Positions 13,601 to 27,944 are shown, counted from the stretch's first letter. The stretch is DNA of 64,000 nucleotides from Ophelia neglecta (GCA_965285935.1 OZ260663.1:102982001-103046000), one strand, 5' to 3'. Notes: a model not told the origin generated them from the letters alone. Program-made: numbers and translations.

Positions 13601-16600
13601 TTTGCTGATGCAGAACCCTTTTAGATTACATTTGAACACTCTTTTACATACCTTTTTTTGTTGCCGGATTTTAAGGTATAAAATCAAAACAATGTATCGT
13701 TTTTGTATGATTTTGTAGAAAGCAACTGTTTTTATCCTAAGAAACCCCGGTGGATATGTCTCATGCATGGAATGCCTAGTCGGTGTCTGGTTTGCAATGT
13801 ACGAGGACTAACGAATACTGCAGTACGAGATATCAGTGATACCCCGCAAATCTATCCCTAATCCCCCAATATACTCCCAAATTTCACTGAGACCAATTTC
13901 CAGTAAACAAGAGAACAAGTTTGGTGTGAAAGTTTAATAAACTGTCCCGGTAGATACGTCGATATATATAATGTGACCCCAGGTTATGACCCTGTTATCT
14001 TCAAATGGATTTCTGATTTCTGTTTTCAAAAGTTTAACGATTTAAACTGACTTATGTGATGGATTTCTGCAGTAAATCTGGTTGTGTTACAGATAAGATA
14101 TATAATAAATTAATTATTTTACATTCTTTGTGTCATTGACATTACGAAACCTCTTGAATAGCATAGAAGGATCTTAAAGAATGGCATAACGTGGTCAAGT
14201 GCAAGAGTCAGTGGGTTAATAAAATACATTAGCATAAATATTATTAAATTCTTGCTCAAACCACCGAATGAGTGAATCATAATATAGGCCTTGACTTGTC
14301 ATGAGCTGAGGGCCGAAATTGTTATTTCGAATCGAGTCATTGTGTCAGGTGGTAAGGTTGTTTGTGGACGGTAGTTATCGAGTAATGGTACGTTATTAGA
14401 AGTTGCTTAAAATACTTTTTTCTTTTGTTATCAATTTCCTTTTGCAGGCTGAAACATCTAAACTATTTTCATTGGCTGTTGGGGCATGAAGGGAAAGGAA
14501 GCGTACTACAGTATCTAAAACAAAAGTATGTACATACTGACAGGATTGATAATATCTGGACACAGAGCATGATACCAGTGTTTGTTAGTTCCATTTGTTA
14601 TGTTTCCAATGGTTTTGACGCTTCAGAAGGCATCGAACATAATAGTTGAAAGAAATGTATCTTATGGCTTTTTTTTAATAATTCGAGGCATAGTTTTGCA
14701 TATTATTCAAATATCTCAATCGATTTAATTAGTGTGGCGGTGTTAAGTTATCATTTGGCAACCAAGTAAAAAACACAACATCATGAATCAAAACTACTTT
14801 TTTAAAACATTGTCAAGAATATTTTTGGATCAGGCTATGGGCGACACAGCTGCTTGCTCGAAATGGAGCAGAATACAACCGAATGTGGACCTGCTTCTCT
14901 ATGGGTATTCTTCTTACAAAAGCTGGAATAGAGAACCTGGCGCAGGTAAAATATTAGTTAAATTCTAGTCACTTAAAGGAATGATCGCATAACAACTATA
15001 TTGGCTTGGGATGATAAGCTGTCATGCCCCTTTTACGTGATTGGGTTGCTATCAGTAAATAGTGTACATGGACAAGAGTCCTGCTTTGAGCATTAAGTTT
15101 TGCAAGAAATGCTACATTTACACAATATAATTCAAAGTGACATATAGGATTCGTATATAACTTAACATATATATTTGGGGGAGATAACACTTGCATTAGC
15201 TAGGTACGAAATCAGTTTATACCGTATGATATGACAGGCATAACTCTCTTTAGTTTAATCGTATGCTCAAAACTTATACAAATAGGTGATTGAGGTGGTA
15301 TTTCAATACCTGAAGATGCTGTGTCTGATTGGACCACAGGAGCGCATATACAACGAACAAAAAACTGTCGCAGAAAACGAATTTGAATGGCTAGAACAGG
15401 TACATAGAACTACTAATTGTTATAACCCATTACGATCATGAATAAAAAGTCTTCTGTCGAGAATTTTAACAACAAGTATCTCCAGACGGACATGATTGTG
15501 ATTATTTGATATACTAGGCCAATGCGTTTTCTTCAAGCCTCTAGGAATATTCACCAATAACGGACAAAAAACCGAAAGTTGTAATCAATAACATTGCCAT
15601 TCTAAAATGAAATAATCGCCCTCAGTCATGGGAACCAGTGTCGACGGCGACGAGTCTTGCTTCTTCCTGTGTCCTTTTAATGATTAAGATTATTAAGTGG
15701 TCTTTTATGCTTATCTTTTGAATGGATTAATTTTTTTTTATCTTGAAACTAAATTGAAGCAAATATAGCTCAATACATGACATCGGATGATCCACTATAA
15801 GTCTGTATGCTTTCATGTGGTGGTTGTCCCGCTACAGTTTTAAAACCAGCCATGGCCGTGTCAATGAAACCATTGACTAATTGGGTCTCGTCTGCGTAGT
15901 GGAATAAAAATGGTTCATGCATATGCGCTATTGCACATATAATTAATGAAACTGACGTTCAAATTGTACATATTCATTGCTTCTTACTAAAGCAGCAAAC
16001 TCTAATATACAAGGAAGGACTGCGTTTGAGATGAAGCATGCAAGTCACTTTGACAAAATGTGCGGAGCGCTTATAAATGGCATACCATTATACCATTGCA
16101 TTAAGTGAATTGCAGAAATCCCTCCATGATACTTATGTTATGCTTGTGTTATTGTTTGGTTACCAGTATGACTCCATTCATTACCTCACCATGTTATCTG
16201 AGAACATGCAGCTCTACCCTGTGACCGACTACCTCACAGGGCATACGATTCGTGACACCTACAACCCTAAGGTAAGCCAACTTCGACATTCCGACCAAGT
16301 TGATACAATACACGGGGGCGGATCCAGGGGGGGGGGGCTCAGGGGGCCTTCCCCCCCCCCCCCACACCAACCATTTTTTTTCTCACAACAAGCCCATCTA
16401 GGCGCCCAAAACATGGCAACTAGATGCATGTATGTACCCACCCAAGCTTCTTTGCCCCCCCCCCCCCCGCTTTTCGATTCCTCCACATGGAGTGAGCCCC
16501 CCTCCCTGGAAATACCTGGATCCGCCCCTGATACAGAACACATGTGGAACTGCTTCTATTTCAAATGTTGTAATAAGCCGCCCATGGTTAACATTATAAT

Positions 16601-19600
16601 GAACTTCCTTGGATCCTTTTTATGAACCTAGTACTTTGACAGCTGTTTGCCGAACTTGCCACTTCTTTAATGACGCGGTTAACGCCACAAAGGGCCAATA
16701 TATACATACAATCCAAAAGCTTCGCCAAGGAGTTTGCCAATAAGGATACACTAAAGGAATCTTACTTCGGGACGGAGTACACGGTTCAAGGTAATTCAGT
16801 CGAAGGAGAAACATTACTTTTTCGGACATTTCCTGTCTGTGTTTTTATAACCTAATAATCCATAGCGCGGTGTGTGATATCAACTGGGATACCTATCGAG
16901 ACTGCTGTGTATCTGCCCAAAGATGTTTTTAAATTGGTTATCTATTAAGAGTTTCAGCGGGAAGCATTATTACTAAGCCCCGCATCCATTTGCAAATTAA
17001 ATTAGCTTACTAATTAGTTACATTTATTACTTTTAACAATGTTTTTTTTATTAAGATCATCACCAAGTTCTTTTTGTTATATTGGCATACATGGCTTATT
17101 TAAATACGTATTTATAAGATCTCTTTGATTTAAAATCATGGCTTGTTTCAGATCTGCCGAAAGATTGGCTTGAACTGTGGAAAAGTGAGCAGGCAAAAGC
17201 GGCTTTTTAATCTCAATCTGAATTATCCGACGGAAAATAAGCTATTACCTTTGCAAAACGTACAATTATCATAATAAGATTCCATTATATTTTCTAGACG
17301 CTGAGACCAATAGCCAACTTTTTATACCAAATCCGAATGATTATATTGGTAATTGAATTTAGTACCTTGTTTCACCCTACCTGGCATATTGTTTTACATT
17401 AGAACACTTAGTGGTATGAATAATAGTTACCGCTAGTAGTAACATTTTTATTATATAAGATTATAGCAGAGGGCATAAAACCCTAAAATTTGGTTTCTGG
17501 TTCTTCAGCGACAGACTTTTCGTTGATTGAACTCGAAGACCCCATTCCAAAGGTAACTCGCAGCAATGTCATTGCTTTAACAAACACAGTTGCATACTAG
17601 CTAATTTAAGACCAATTTGAACACACATGTATTATTTAGGAAAATAATATGCCATTCATGTCGAATGCTTATTTTGAATGCGATATCTCACACACATCAG
17701 CATGTATTATTTATTCATTAATCATTAGGAACTAGGGTTTTAAACAATGCAAAGGAAATTATTCTTTTTATTGGGCTTAGTTTCCGGTGCTGATCAGCGA
17801 TGATAACCACGGCAAACTTTGGTACAAACCTGACAACAAGTTTCAAGTCCCAAAAGGTAGGCTTTTCGGCTCAATTCGTAGGGTGTTATCTACGCTTCTT
17901 GATTATTTTGCCTTCATGTTTTTTTTATTGCAATTTACTCCATTCTGCACAATAGGAAGTTCGACATTACATGACCGGTAAATCGGTCTTGATAAATGCA
18001 CTTTTGTTTTATCTATTCAGTTCCACATTATATATAATCACCGACCGTTAAGGAAAGGCCGTCTGAGACATTTATTTCAATTTCCCTTTAGTAAATCATG
18101 TATGCCAAAGTTCGCTTGACCTAAATCTAGAAAGTGTTTGTTCTTGCAGCCCATTTGATGTTTTCGCTCACCTGTCCAAGTATCAACATCTCGGCTAAGA
18201 AGTATGTGAGATTACTTTCTTAGTTTCAATTTTTATTCAACTCAAGCTCCAGCAGGAGAATAGAGTACAACCTATACATTGTTTGACAAAGAAAGCAACG
18301 TAATAAATCACAAGTTACATATAATCCACCACAGAGGTTCGTTATATTACATCGCTAAATGAAGATAGCGAGGCTCTTCTCGCGTCTTACATCCTGCAAT
18401 AACTGTTCTAATTTAAAACACGGGAACGAACACTCGGCAGACAATTCAAAATCTTTAATCAGTTATTATTGGTTACATCCGAATGCATCGGCAAATGTAA
18501 GCTGCATAAATTAGAACGTTCCTGGTCAAACGTTTTATAGTCTTGATGAAGGTCCATTGGGAAAGCTAAAAAATAGAATTGTCTTTTTAAATCCAGCCTT
18601 GGTATGATGTTCATTTACCGGACACTCTTGGATAGTATCTTAGCCGAGCACACTTATGCTGCGAATATTGCAGGGTTGAGGTGAGTTCGCTTAGAATACT
18701 GCATAAGTGAAAAAATGGGAGTGGATACATTGCGGACAAAGCAAAGTGATTATTCAATCATAGTCAGATCGGTCAGAAATCACCAGGAACCAGCAGCGAC
18801 ACGTCAACATAATCAATCCCCAGCCCACAAGCAGTAAATACAAAAATGAAAACAAAAAATTGATACTACTTGCATTAAGAAGTAGTCAATAATAGTAGTT
18901 TTCCATAATGCGAGTCAGAACACAAAACAAATGAGTCAGTGAAACCACCATGCCAGTTTGTCATAGGGCCAAGGCTTATTATCCATATAGTAGCTGCTAC
19001 AGTAAGTGCTAAGCCCAATTGTCTTTCAATAATAGTACCATGCCACCCTTTCACACTTAGCGAAAAGTCTAATCATCCTAGTGGTCAACTTATCAAGAAA
19101 TTGTCACGTTACATAGCAGATATATAGCCCCTCCCCATACCAAAATGGTAATATGTCTAAATAGGGCTAATACGTCTTAGCTTTTTTTGTAAAAATGAAA
19201 AGTGTCTGAAACATATCTTGCACGCAAACGCGTCATGTCACTTTTAAATATGCTTCCCATTGTACGAAAGATGTACCAAGTTCAAAAAGACTCGCTTGAA
19301 CATCTGGTGTTTTTGTTCGATTAAATCGCAAGATAACTGATCGGATTCGTTATCAATCATATCTCTGTATAGGAAAAATCCTATCCGTAGTAGGAGGACA
19401 CATAAGTGGCTTGATGGTAGTAACTAAATGCTTAAGATGGGTTCAAATGGAATCTTCACGAACAACCAGTGTGTTTTATTCGCATGAACTGTACAAAGTG
19501 ACTTTTATTTCAGCTTCTATATCTCTTGGACAGGGAGTGATTTCATTTTAAGTCTCAGTGGTTTTAACCAAAAGTTACAGGTTAGTCATTTTTATGATGT

Positions 19601-22600
19601 AACAACTGACGTTGTGGTTTAATTGTATTTTTATCAAAACAAGAAGGTATTATACAAGGTAACTGATTGAGGTGTTCCCCTGTTTCGTCAACCCAAAGCG
19701 TGACTAAGTGTCTGTAGAGGCGTTTGAGTCTATGTGTGTAGTAGACGAATTTAACAACTCCCTGTGAAAAAGTATAGCATTGGGAGGACTTGCAATAAAC
19801 AACTTTGCTTCAGCCTCATTACATAATATAGTTCAATGTACGCAGGTGCTCTTGGAAACATTGGTAGATACAATTAGCGAGTTTGAGGTTTCCGAGGAGT
19901 TGTTTACAGCCATGAAGGCGGAAGTTCGAAGGTCATTGTTTAACTCTTACCGGGATCCTTCAACGCTTGCTGAGTAAGTGCGTCCTTTTTAGTGTAATCA
20001 CCTGACGGTAAGTTGAAAGGTAATGGCTTTATTGACACGCAGTGCAATATATATGAATCGGATACTGGCTCATACTGATCAAAGGTCAATGAAGAATGGT
20101 CGAATGCCAAGTAAAAAGAAATAAACAAAGAATACGAACAAAAAGGGAGATTACTTTAGGAATGGCTATTCATATACGCTATAGGTTAACCCTTAATAAT
20201 TCATGACTAAAACGATGTACCTTTCAGGGAGATAGGCATGACCATCTTCCAGCGGCCATATTGGAATCCACTGTTCGTACAGCGGGAGCTACATTTGGTG
20301 ACCCGCGAAGACCTACTTGCTTTCAGCGGTGATTTGTTTCACGGCGTGTTTTTGCATGGCCTTGTACAGGGAAATATTGGCCCTGAAGAAGCTCGGAACA
20401 TGAAGAATTATATCATTTCAAAACTCGGCTGCACATTTTATCAAGGAAAAGAGCTACCCGAGGTAAAAAGTATTCTCGCCAAATTCCCACCTTGCTCTAA
20501 TATGGATAGATGTATTTTGCAAGCATTGTGTCATTTCATTCTCTTATGGTTAAAATCGACAGACACCGTTTTGACTCGTTTGTTGTTTTATGGATTTATT
20601 AGAAACGTACCTAATCTCTCTAATTAAAGGAAATATTTTAACACGCAAATTTAACAATAAATGAACGTATACGAGGTGGGGGTGGAGGCGGGCAAGATCT
20701 GGAGAAGGTGAGGCATAACTTATTAAAGAAGCAGGTGGGAAATGTGATATTTGATAGACATTGATACATGTGAAAAAAGTGCTTTGTAAATGGCCAATGC
20801 TGAGAACCTCATTAGTGAGTGAGCATAATGGTCCAGACTAATTATTTTGTGTCAATCTAAGTTTTACCCAAATAGCACTTTTCTTTGCGTTGCCCCTATC
20901 GTGCTTAACTACTCTCCTAAACAGTTGTTTAAAACGACTGTTATAAATGATTGCATCACTTACGAAACATGAATTATCTTATATACCCACCAATAAGTGA
21001 ACTGACTCTTAATTTGCTAGATGTACTTTTGCGAGACATGTAGCATACAACTTGTATCCTACACACAGGTTAAGTTTCCATTTGCACTTTTTACATAGGT
21101 TTTATGTACCCAACTACCAGCTGGAACGCACTATATTCGAGTAGCAAACCTGAATCCCGTGGATTGTAATTCTGTTCTGACAAATTACTATCAGTATGGA
21201 CAGGGACACATTCGCCAATTTGTTCTTAATCAACTTCTGATGGTAAGGTATTGCCATAGTCTAAACCGTTATAACATGAAATAAATGATTTTTTTATTTA
21301 TTAATTATAGTGCTTGTGCGATTGTGGCTGTTGGTTCCTGGTTATTTCGGACGGATTTGGTGGACATTTCTCATTTTTTGATTTTGCTCTCTCTGCCGGG
21401 TATGAATTCCTGGCATATAAATATACAGAGAAACCTGCCTCAAAGACCACCTCTATATTCAGACCACCTATTAATTCAGACCGCTTATATGAAGACCATG
21501 CCGTGCATTACAACTTAAAATAACCTGTGTAAACAAACCACCTCTATAATCGAACCAGTATTTCTGCAGTCCCTATACATCATGGTCCTCATATTAGTGG
21601 TCTGAATTGACAGGTGATCTGATTGTAGAGGTGGTCTTTAAGGCAGGTTTCACTGTATTTTATTTTATATTCTATAAAAGAGGACACGGTCGACGTGCCA
21701 TCTTGCGGGAGTGGATGCCAGGAAGGCAATCCAAAATGACTTAATCACTCATTTAGAATTATCCATTGAATCGATTAAAAATATCAATCCCCTGTTCGTT
21801 AATTTTAAGTAAGCTCATAGAATGGAAACCCCTAATGCCATTTATCTAAAAGCACAAATGAAATAAAATCCTCTTCAGTCACCGGAAGCTTATAATATTA
21901 TATCAGGTTTGTTAACACGGAAACCAAAACTGATTTGGCTCTAACGATACGAATTAGTGTTTGGAAATGGAAATAGAAAAGCTGTGAGGTCAACTATTAA
22001 CGAGACGAGCCATTTAACTCTATAAATAACATTCCATCTCTGTCGTCATGTTTATACATAATTTGCATTATTCTTCTGATATTCCAGGTTAAGATTCAGA
22101 TAATATTTATTCATTCATATGGCAATACTTATTGATAGAAATATAATAGTATATGGAGTCGATATTGTTAGCAATAAAAGTTGAAATTTTAACAGAATAA
22201 TACGAATATTTGAACTGGGAGACTCTCACTAAGTATCAATTAGATACGCTAGCGTGAGAGCAACCCTTTGGAAGGTTTTGTAGCTGTTTAAGATTAAAAC
22301 ACCTCGCATAACAAGGTATATTACCATTAGGCCTAAGTATAGTCTTAGATATGAATATAATTGTGCTGATGATGTCAAATTCGTGCTTTTTGTAAATAAA
22401 GGGACCTTGTAATTGATGTTTGAAAGATTGCAGCTGACGGTTCCTGTTTTGGACCAATTTAATTGGATATTTTTTAATAATGATTAAAATGTCTTATCTG
22501 TCTCATATCTAATGATTAAAATGCCTTATCTGTCGGGTATCTACTACCAGTCCGATATTACCTTCTGCTCAGCTTCATATGAACGAACCTGTCGTAAGTA

Positions 22601-24828
22601 ACCTGAGGACCCGGGAACAACTAGGCTCTGAAGTGCGTTGTGAGGTGGAAATCATCAGTGGTATACTTGGCTTCTCAATAACAGTAGAGAGCCAAGCCAA
22701 CAAGTTCAGGTACTGTATTAATAGGGGATTTAGGTCCCGTACGAACAATAAAACCTGTATCCGGCCTTTTGACTTCCTAGTTGGGTTGCCGGCACGGTTA
22801 TCGATCAGACACACATATATATATATATATACTTTGTTCGTCAACTTGACTAATAACATGTGACTATTTGAATCTGAATAGATAAAGCCTGCTTAAAGAG
22901 GCATCAGTAGTTTTGTCAGTGGTATGACAAGTGCCATGAAATGTGCGCCTTGCAGTATAGATGACAATGCTCTAGTCGAAATTAACCCAAACTTTATCCG
23001 CCTTGTCTAAGGTTTGGACAAAATGACAATGGATATATGGTATAGACAATTAAGTTTTCCTGACCTCTATTTCTACACCTGTCAAGTACAGGAAGGTGAC
23101 GTTACTGGTTCACACCTGTCAGAGTTTGCATAGTATGGGATTAAATTGGACATATTCTAGCATCTGCAGTATATATTGTATAGCGTCATCCATTTCCCAT
23201 TTGTAGATCAATTAACCTTTTAATCATTTAAAATTCTTACTGATCACCCTGTCACAGTATGGATGAGATCGATATTGCGGTGGAAAACTTCTTAAAAGAG
23301 TTTGAGACAGAGCACATTCACAACCTTTCAGAAAATGACTTTCAAAGTCTGGTTAGTACCTAAACACATATATACATCCAAATGGTAAAAGTTAAGTCCA
23401 TTTACTCTGTTTACTACAGACAACATTATGATACTACAGTACCATGGTGTTTGTGACAAGGTATACGTTGGTTAATATTTCCATATTATACATTGCCATA
23501 ACCATATTTAACCAGACTACACAGAGTCTTACAGATATATTCATATGCGTGTCCTTATGCGTTGAATTATAAAGAGTCTAAACAATGCAAGCAATATTAG
23601 CAATGTTTCACGTTTAATATTTTAACGTTGTTCAGTCTCTTAGTAGATCAAGGACATTATTGTTCAACAGTAAGTAAATGTAACCTACTAACAATGTACA
23701 AATGAACAATGTTATTATTAAATATATATAAGAATTAGCAATGTTAAGGGTTGAAGATATCGGCACAGTTAACGATTCATTGGCCTTTTAGGTCAATACT
23801 CTGATGACTCTACTACAGCGTGAGGATCTTAATCTCGAAGAGGATTTTGATAGAAATTGGGAAGAGATAAGGCTGAAAACCTTTCTCTTTGATATTACGG
23901 AAAGACAGGTACGCCTTAGCTATGGTAATTTATGATAGATTCTTATAATAAGGTCATACAATAAGAAGACCTGTGACATGCAAATATGTTGGCAGAACTG
24001 GGCGTCAAACAATATTAAAAGACCAGCATAATAACTAGTGTGACAATATTCATGGTACGCATCACGTGGTGCTTTGGTAATAACCTGCCACTGGAAAAAC
24101 ACCAATACAATTGGTTATTGAGTTAGTAGGGGGAATGTGTTTTGCCCTTTTTTCTAATCTTGCAAGGTTAACTTTTCGCTGCAGTTAGAAGCTCTACAAA
24201 GCATCTGCTTGAGGGACCTGCAAGAGTGGTTCAGGTACCTTTTGTCGTCTGGTGGTCATGTCAGAAAGCTCTCAGTGCAGGTGAGTCTATTGACCAGACA
24301 AGAAAAGAATGTTTACACGAATGGGTTAATCGTAATTATAAAAGGAAATTATAATGAATCCAGGTAAGCAGGGGTCGGATTTTACAATGCCTTTTAACAT
24401 TGCAGATTTTGATCGCAAACAATGAATATACAACTAGTTGCGTAGTTTATATGTAAATGTGTTAGTGTTAACATCTGGGTGCTTTCATAATCGGTTTAAA
24501 ATACTAATGTGCAGGAGTTTGTCCCTGTTGAATTGTTAGTACTTTTACATTTATAATCGAAAAAACAAAAATACTGCTTTGTTTATGGTATGATATATAT
24601 CTGACCTTGTAGTCATTTTGGTCATCGCAGGTTGTAGGTAATCCGAATATAAGTGGTACCTATTCCACCGACACTTATACTACTAACACTGATGATATTG
24701 CACTGAACTCACAGCAGGTGGCGCTTACATTCGTTGACGTTGAGCCTGACATCCGAGACAGCGCCATCTATGACATTGATGAGTTCCGAAGAAAAAATGA
24801 CACGTACCCAGTTAGCCGAATCATGTGA
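7667..24828 (+). CDS. NRDC: Nardilysin-like zinc metallopeptidase (M16A/insulinase family), 31 coding exons, 1042 aa, open reading frame intact
   Basis: Exons (all GT-AG, phases consistent, sum 3129 nt): 7667-7731, 8276-8495, 8959-9040, 9920-10020, 10269-10395, 10771-10866, 11095-11217, 11526-11583, 11748-11781, 12142-12181, 13197-13266, 14448-14525, 14834-14945, 15286-15399, 16167-16271, 16643-16790, 17152-17184, 17298-17348, 17509-17552, 17781-17856, 18150-18201, 18597-18680, 19514-19580, 19846-19973, 20228-20462, 21099-21242, 22573-22709, 23258-23351, 23792-23908, 24185-24280, 24631-24828 (TGA). Motifs: RVIRLSNGLTVLLIS, SAAALCVGIGSYDDP, HFLEH (HxxEH), MGSEKYPDEN, REIKAVDSEF, LLGHEGKGS, LWYKPDNKFQVPK, LRTREQLG, RKLSVQVVG. 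The insert between LLIS and SAAAL sits at the nardilysin acidic-domain position. It may be a divergent paralog rather than the orthologue. Confidence 0.92.
9321..9622 (-). mobile_element. tRNA-derived V-SINE-like element
   Basis: Near-identical to the reverse complement of 54063-54384. 10-bp TSD GTGGCTAGGT at 9311-9320 and 9623-9632. (AAC)n-like tail. Confidence 0.85.
12523..12700. mobile_element. Tc1/mariner-type MITE
   Basis: TA-CAGTGAAACCTG ... CAGGCTTTACTG-TA, with internal AGACCACCT repeats. Confidence 0.7.
16313..16530. mobile_element. hAT-like poly-G/C MITE with a 5-bp TSD
   Basis: C(G/A)GGGGCGGATCCAGG TIRs; ATACA on both flanks. Confidence 0.7.
21426..21655. mobile_element. Tc1/mariner-type MITE, same family as 12523-12700
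   Basis: TA-CAGAGAAACCTGCCT ... AGGCAGGTTTCACTG-TA. Confidence 0.75.
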
Positions 24829-26988
24829 ACAAAACTGTGTTTAAACATATATCAAAATCAATCTGTTAATCTGTCTATGAATATAGATTCTTATAATATC
24901 AATCCTAAACAGTGAGTGTTGATGGCCTAAGTGAACTTGTGTTCGTAACACATAACTTATTTTGAGCTGCCTTGGTGTCTTTCCAATCTTGTTGTCCTAT
25001 CCTAGAAATGCATGTTTCTTATTCCTAGTCATGTTTGCTCTTTAGAACATCTAAACTATAACTGTAAGTTCTACTCTAACTGTCAGCTCATTAATTATTA
25101 AACTATATCCCGAATTTAAGATTGACAAGTTGGGTTATGTTAAAACTCCCTGCTGGTCTAAGATACAATAGTCTTTTATATCTTTCCGTATAAAAATATT
25201 AACGGTGTGTTAAATTTAGCACCAACAAGGCTGGTGTATGTGTTACAGAAAGACAATTGAGATCGTACTGTGAGCTAATGTCGTATGGTATTGGCTAGTT
25301 ATGGGTTAGCTATATATCCACAAAACAATGTAAATATGCCTGAAAAGCATTTTAAATAGTTACAAATAGTAATAGATCCACAAATGATTCCTAAAGTTAA
25401 GATATAACGCTCTCCTAAATTCATGGCGTGAACAATTGTAATCAATTTGTTTGACAAAGTAGTGTATGGCAATTTGATTTGGTTGGTTATGCATCTGTAT
25501 TTCACATTGTTATAAACAGTTGATTTATGAGATTGTGAGCTATATTTGAATGTCATATGTAAAGAGAGCCTTCTTCAGTAATGCTCTTATTTGAATATAT
25601 AATGATCTGGATGGGAGATCCAGTAATGATTCGAATTCCCTGCTTTTGAAGTTTGAGAAGGGTATCTTCCTATGTTATAAATGTGCTTATATTTAATAAA
25701 TCAAGTTAGATCGACAGCACCTCGACGGCCGCGAAGCGACTGCCTAGCAAAGCGATGCTCTAACCAAAACATGCGTGAAAATGGAATGGGAAGAAATCTT
25801 TCTGGCTTTACCTAGAATGCCTAGACTTGAACGTACCTCTGCAAATCATTTATGAGAGCATCTAGAATATTTGCACCAGAAGCAACTTACAGGCTAATAA
25901 ACTTGCATACCTTAAATGCATATGATTAAAGCGCGATTCTTTGTGCTCTATGAAATCCGGAAAGGTGCGCCGGAGCTCGTGCAAGGTCTAGCGCAACCAG
26001 CGTCATATCGTGGTGTGGCCAGCAACCGTTGCAACTTTTACCCTTTCATCCTCAGTTGCCTAGTCCGGAACCAGTATGGTGCAGCCGCCAACAAAGCCAG
26101 TTGAAACCTTGCAGTATATAGGTCCACATATGATCTCCAATACATCCTTCTTTTTACGTATTCCATACGCACACATGTTACTCTAAGAGCCTAGCTACTT
26201 CATGCCCAGCCTCGAGCTACGCTCGATATAAATATGAGTGAGCTTGTTAGCTTTAAGCCATACTGTAGTTTTATCTATTTCTTCATTATTTGTATCAATT
26301 ATTAAACGTATGTCTTTGCTTGTTAATTATGTAGGAAATGGAATCGGCTGTGATTGAAATTAAAAATAAGGCTTCTGAAATATTGATAATATAGTTATTA
26401 TAGGCATGGAGTAAACGTCGTCCTACAATAGATCCTGCAGGGACCTCATTATGTTAGGCTAAAAGTAACATAAAACATTCCATTGAAATCATAAAATGCT
26501 TTCGGCTGTCTAGATATCATTGTAGGGACTCCAAAAGCACCGCTCCGATGCCATAATTTTGAAATTTGTCGAAGAACAACCGGGAGTAGATATCCCATAC
26601 AGCAGATCAAATTAATAATCAAGAATAATCCAATAAAACGGTGTAACGTTATCAGGAACCAGCTACAACAGCTCTAAACACACCAGTACATACAGTGTAT
26701 TGTGATGAACAATGTCAAAGGCCTTGAATAGGAATATAAGACCATGACACTTTTTCCATTATTACATTCATTTGTGATCTTATCCATTAATATAGTTTTG
26801 TTGGTCCATATTTTTTTCTTGAAGTCCAAAGTGAAGATTATTCAATAAATTTTGATCATTAAAGAAAATTGAAAGTTTGTTTTACATTTATCGAGTAGTT
26901 TTGAAAAGAAAAATTGATAGAACTGATACTGGTCTATAATTTGTAAAACGTTTTTGGTCGCCATTTTTTATCAAATTATATAATATGA

Positions 26989-27944
26989 TCGTCTAAAACT
27001 ATATTACAATTTTTCTTTACTAACATAGTACAAAACGACAGAAAATAATTGAACTTGAAGCCATTTCGTTTTTATTGTTGCGCACAAATCAAGAAATCAA
27101 AAGCCATAACATATAAAGATAGAAGCAGGTAAAATATAATATAACATTAATTTAATTCATAATATGATATTTTCATTCCTCATTGTGTTTTTACCAATCC
27201 ATAGAAATTTAAGACATAGCCATTAATTTTCATAAAAATAATATCATACTATAATGATATATGCTTACCAAAATAACAATTCAGGCAAATAACAATAAAT
27301 TCAAATTACTGCTCAATTGAGGGCTTTCAAGTCTGTATCAAACGATTCAAATTTACCCTCGTCCACTAATTTTCTCTTGTTAAGCATTGTCTTTCAGAAT
27401 TAGTATATGCTAGGAGTTTGTACAACTGTATTCACCGAAAAACAATGTTTTATGATTGGGCGGAAAAGAAAAATAACATTTTCTACCATACAAAATAATA
27501 TGTTCGTCTAAAACTATATTATAATTTTTCATTATTAACATAGTACGTAACGACAGAAAATAATAGAACTTGAAACCTTTTTTTTTTTTTTTTGAGCACA
27601 AAGAAATCAAAAGCCAGAACATATAAAGTTAGAAGCGGGTAAAATATAATATAAAATTAATTCAAATTATAATATGAAATTCATTCGTCATTGCGTTTTT
27701 ACCAATTCATAGAAATTTAAGACATATAGCCATTAATTTCTTTAAAGATAATATCATAATGCATTGATATATGCTTACCAAATACCAATTCAGGCACGTT
27801 ACAATAAATTCAAATTTCTGCTCAATGGAGGACCTTCAAGTCTGTATCAAACGATTCAAATTCACCTTCGTCCATTAATTTTCTCTTGTTAAACATTGTC
27901 GTTCAAATTAGTATATGCTAGGAGTTTGTGTAACAACTGTATTC
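26989..27944. repeat. Local direct duplication of about 445 bp (26989-27434 and 27504-27944)
   Basis: Both copies start TCGTCTAAAACTATATTA and end TAGTATATGCTAGGAGTTTG..ACAACTGTATTCA, with scattered substitutions. Confidence 0.9.

Noticed and set aside
16077-16625. 182-aa proline-rich ORF
   Set aside because: Only 16167-16271 is a real exon; the rest reads through intron and a poly-G/C MITE.
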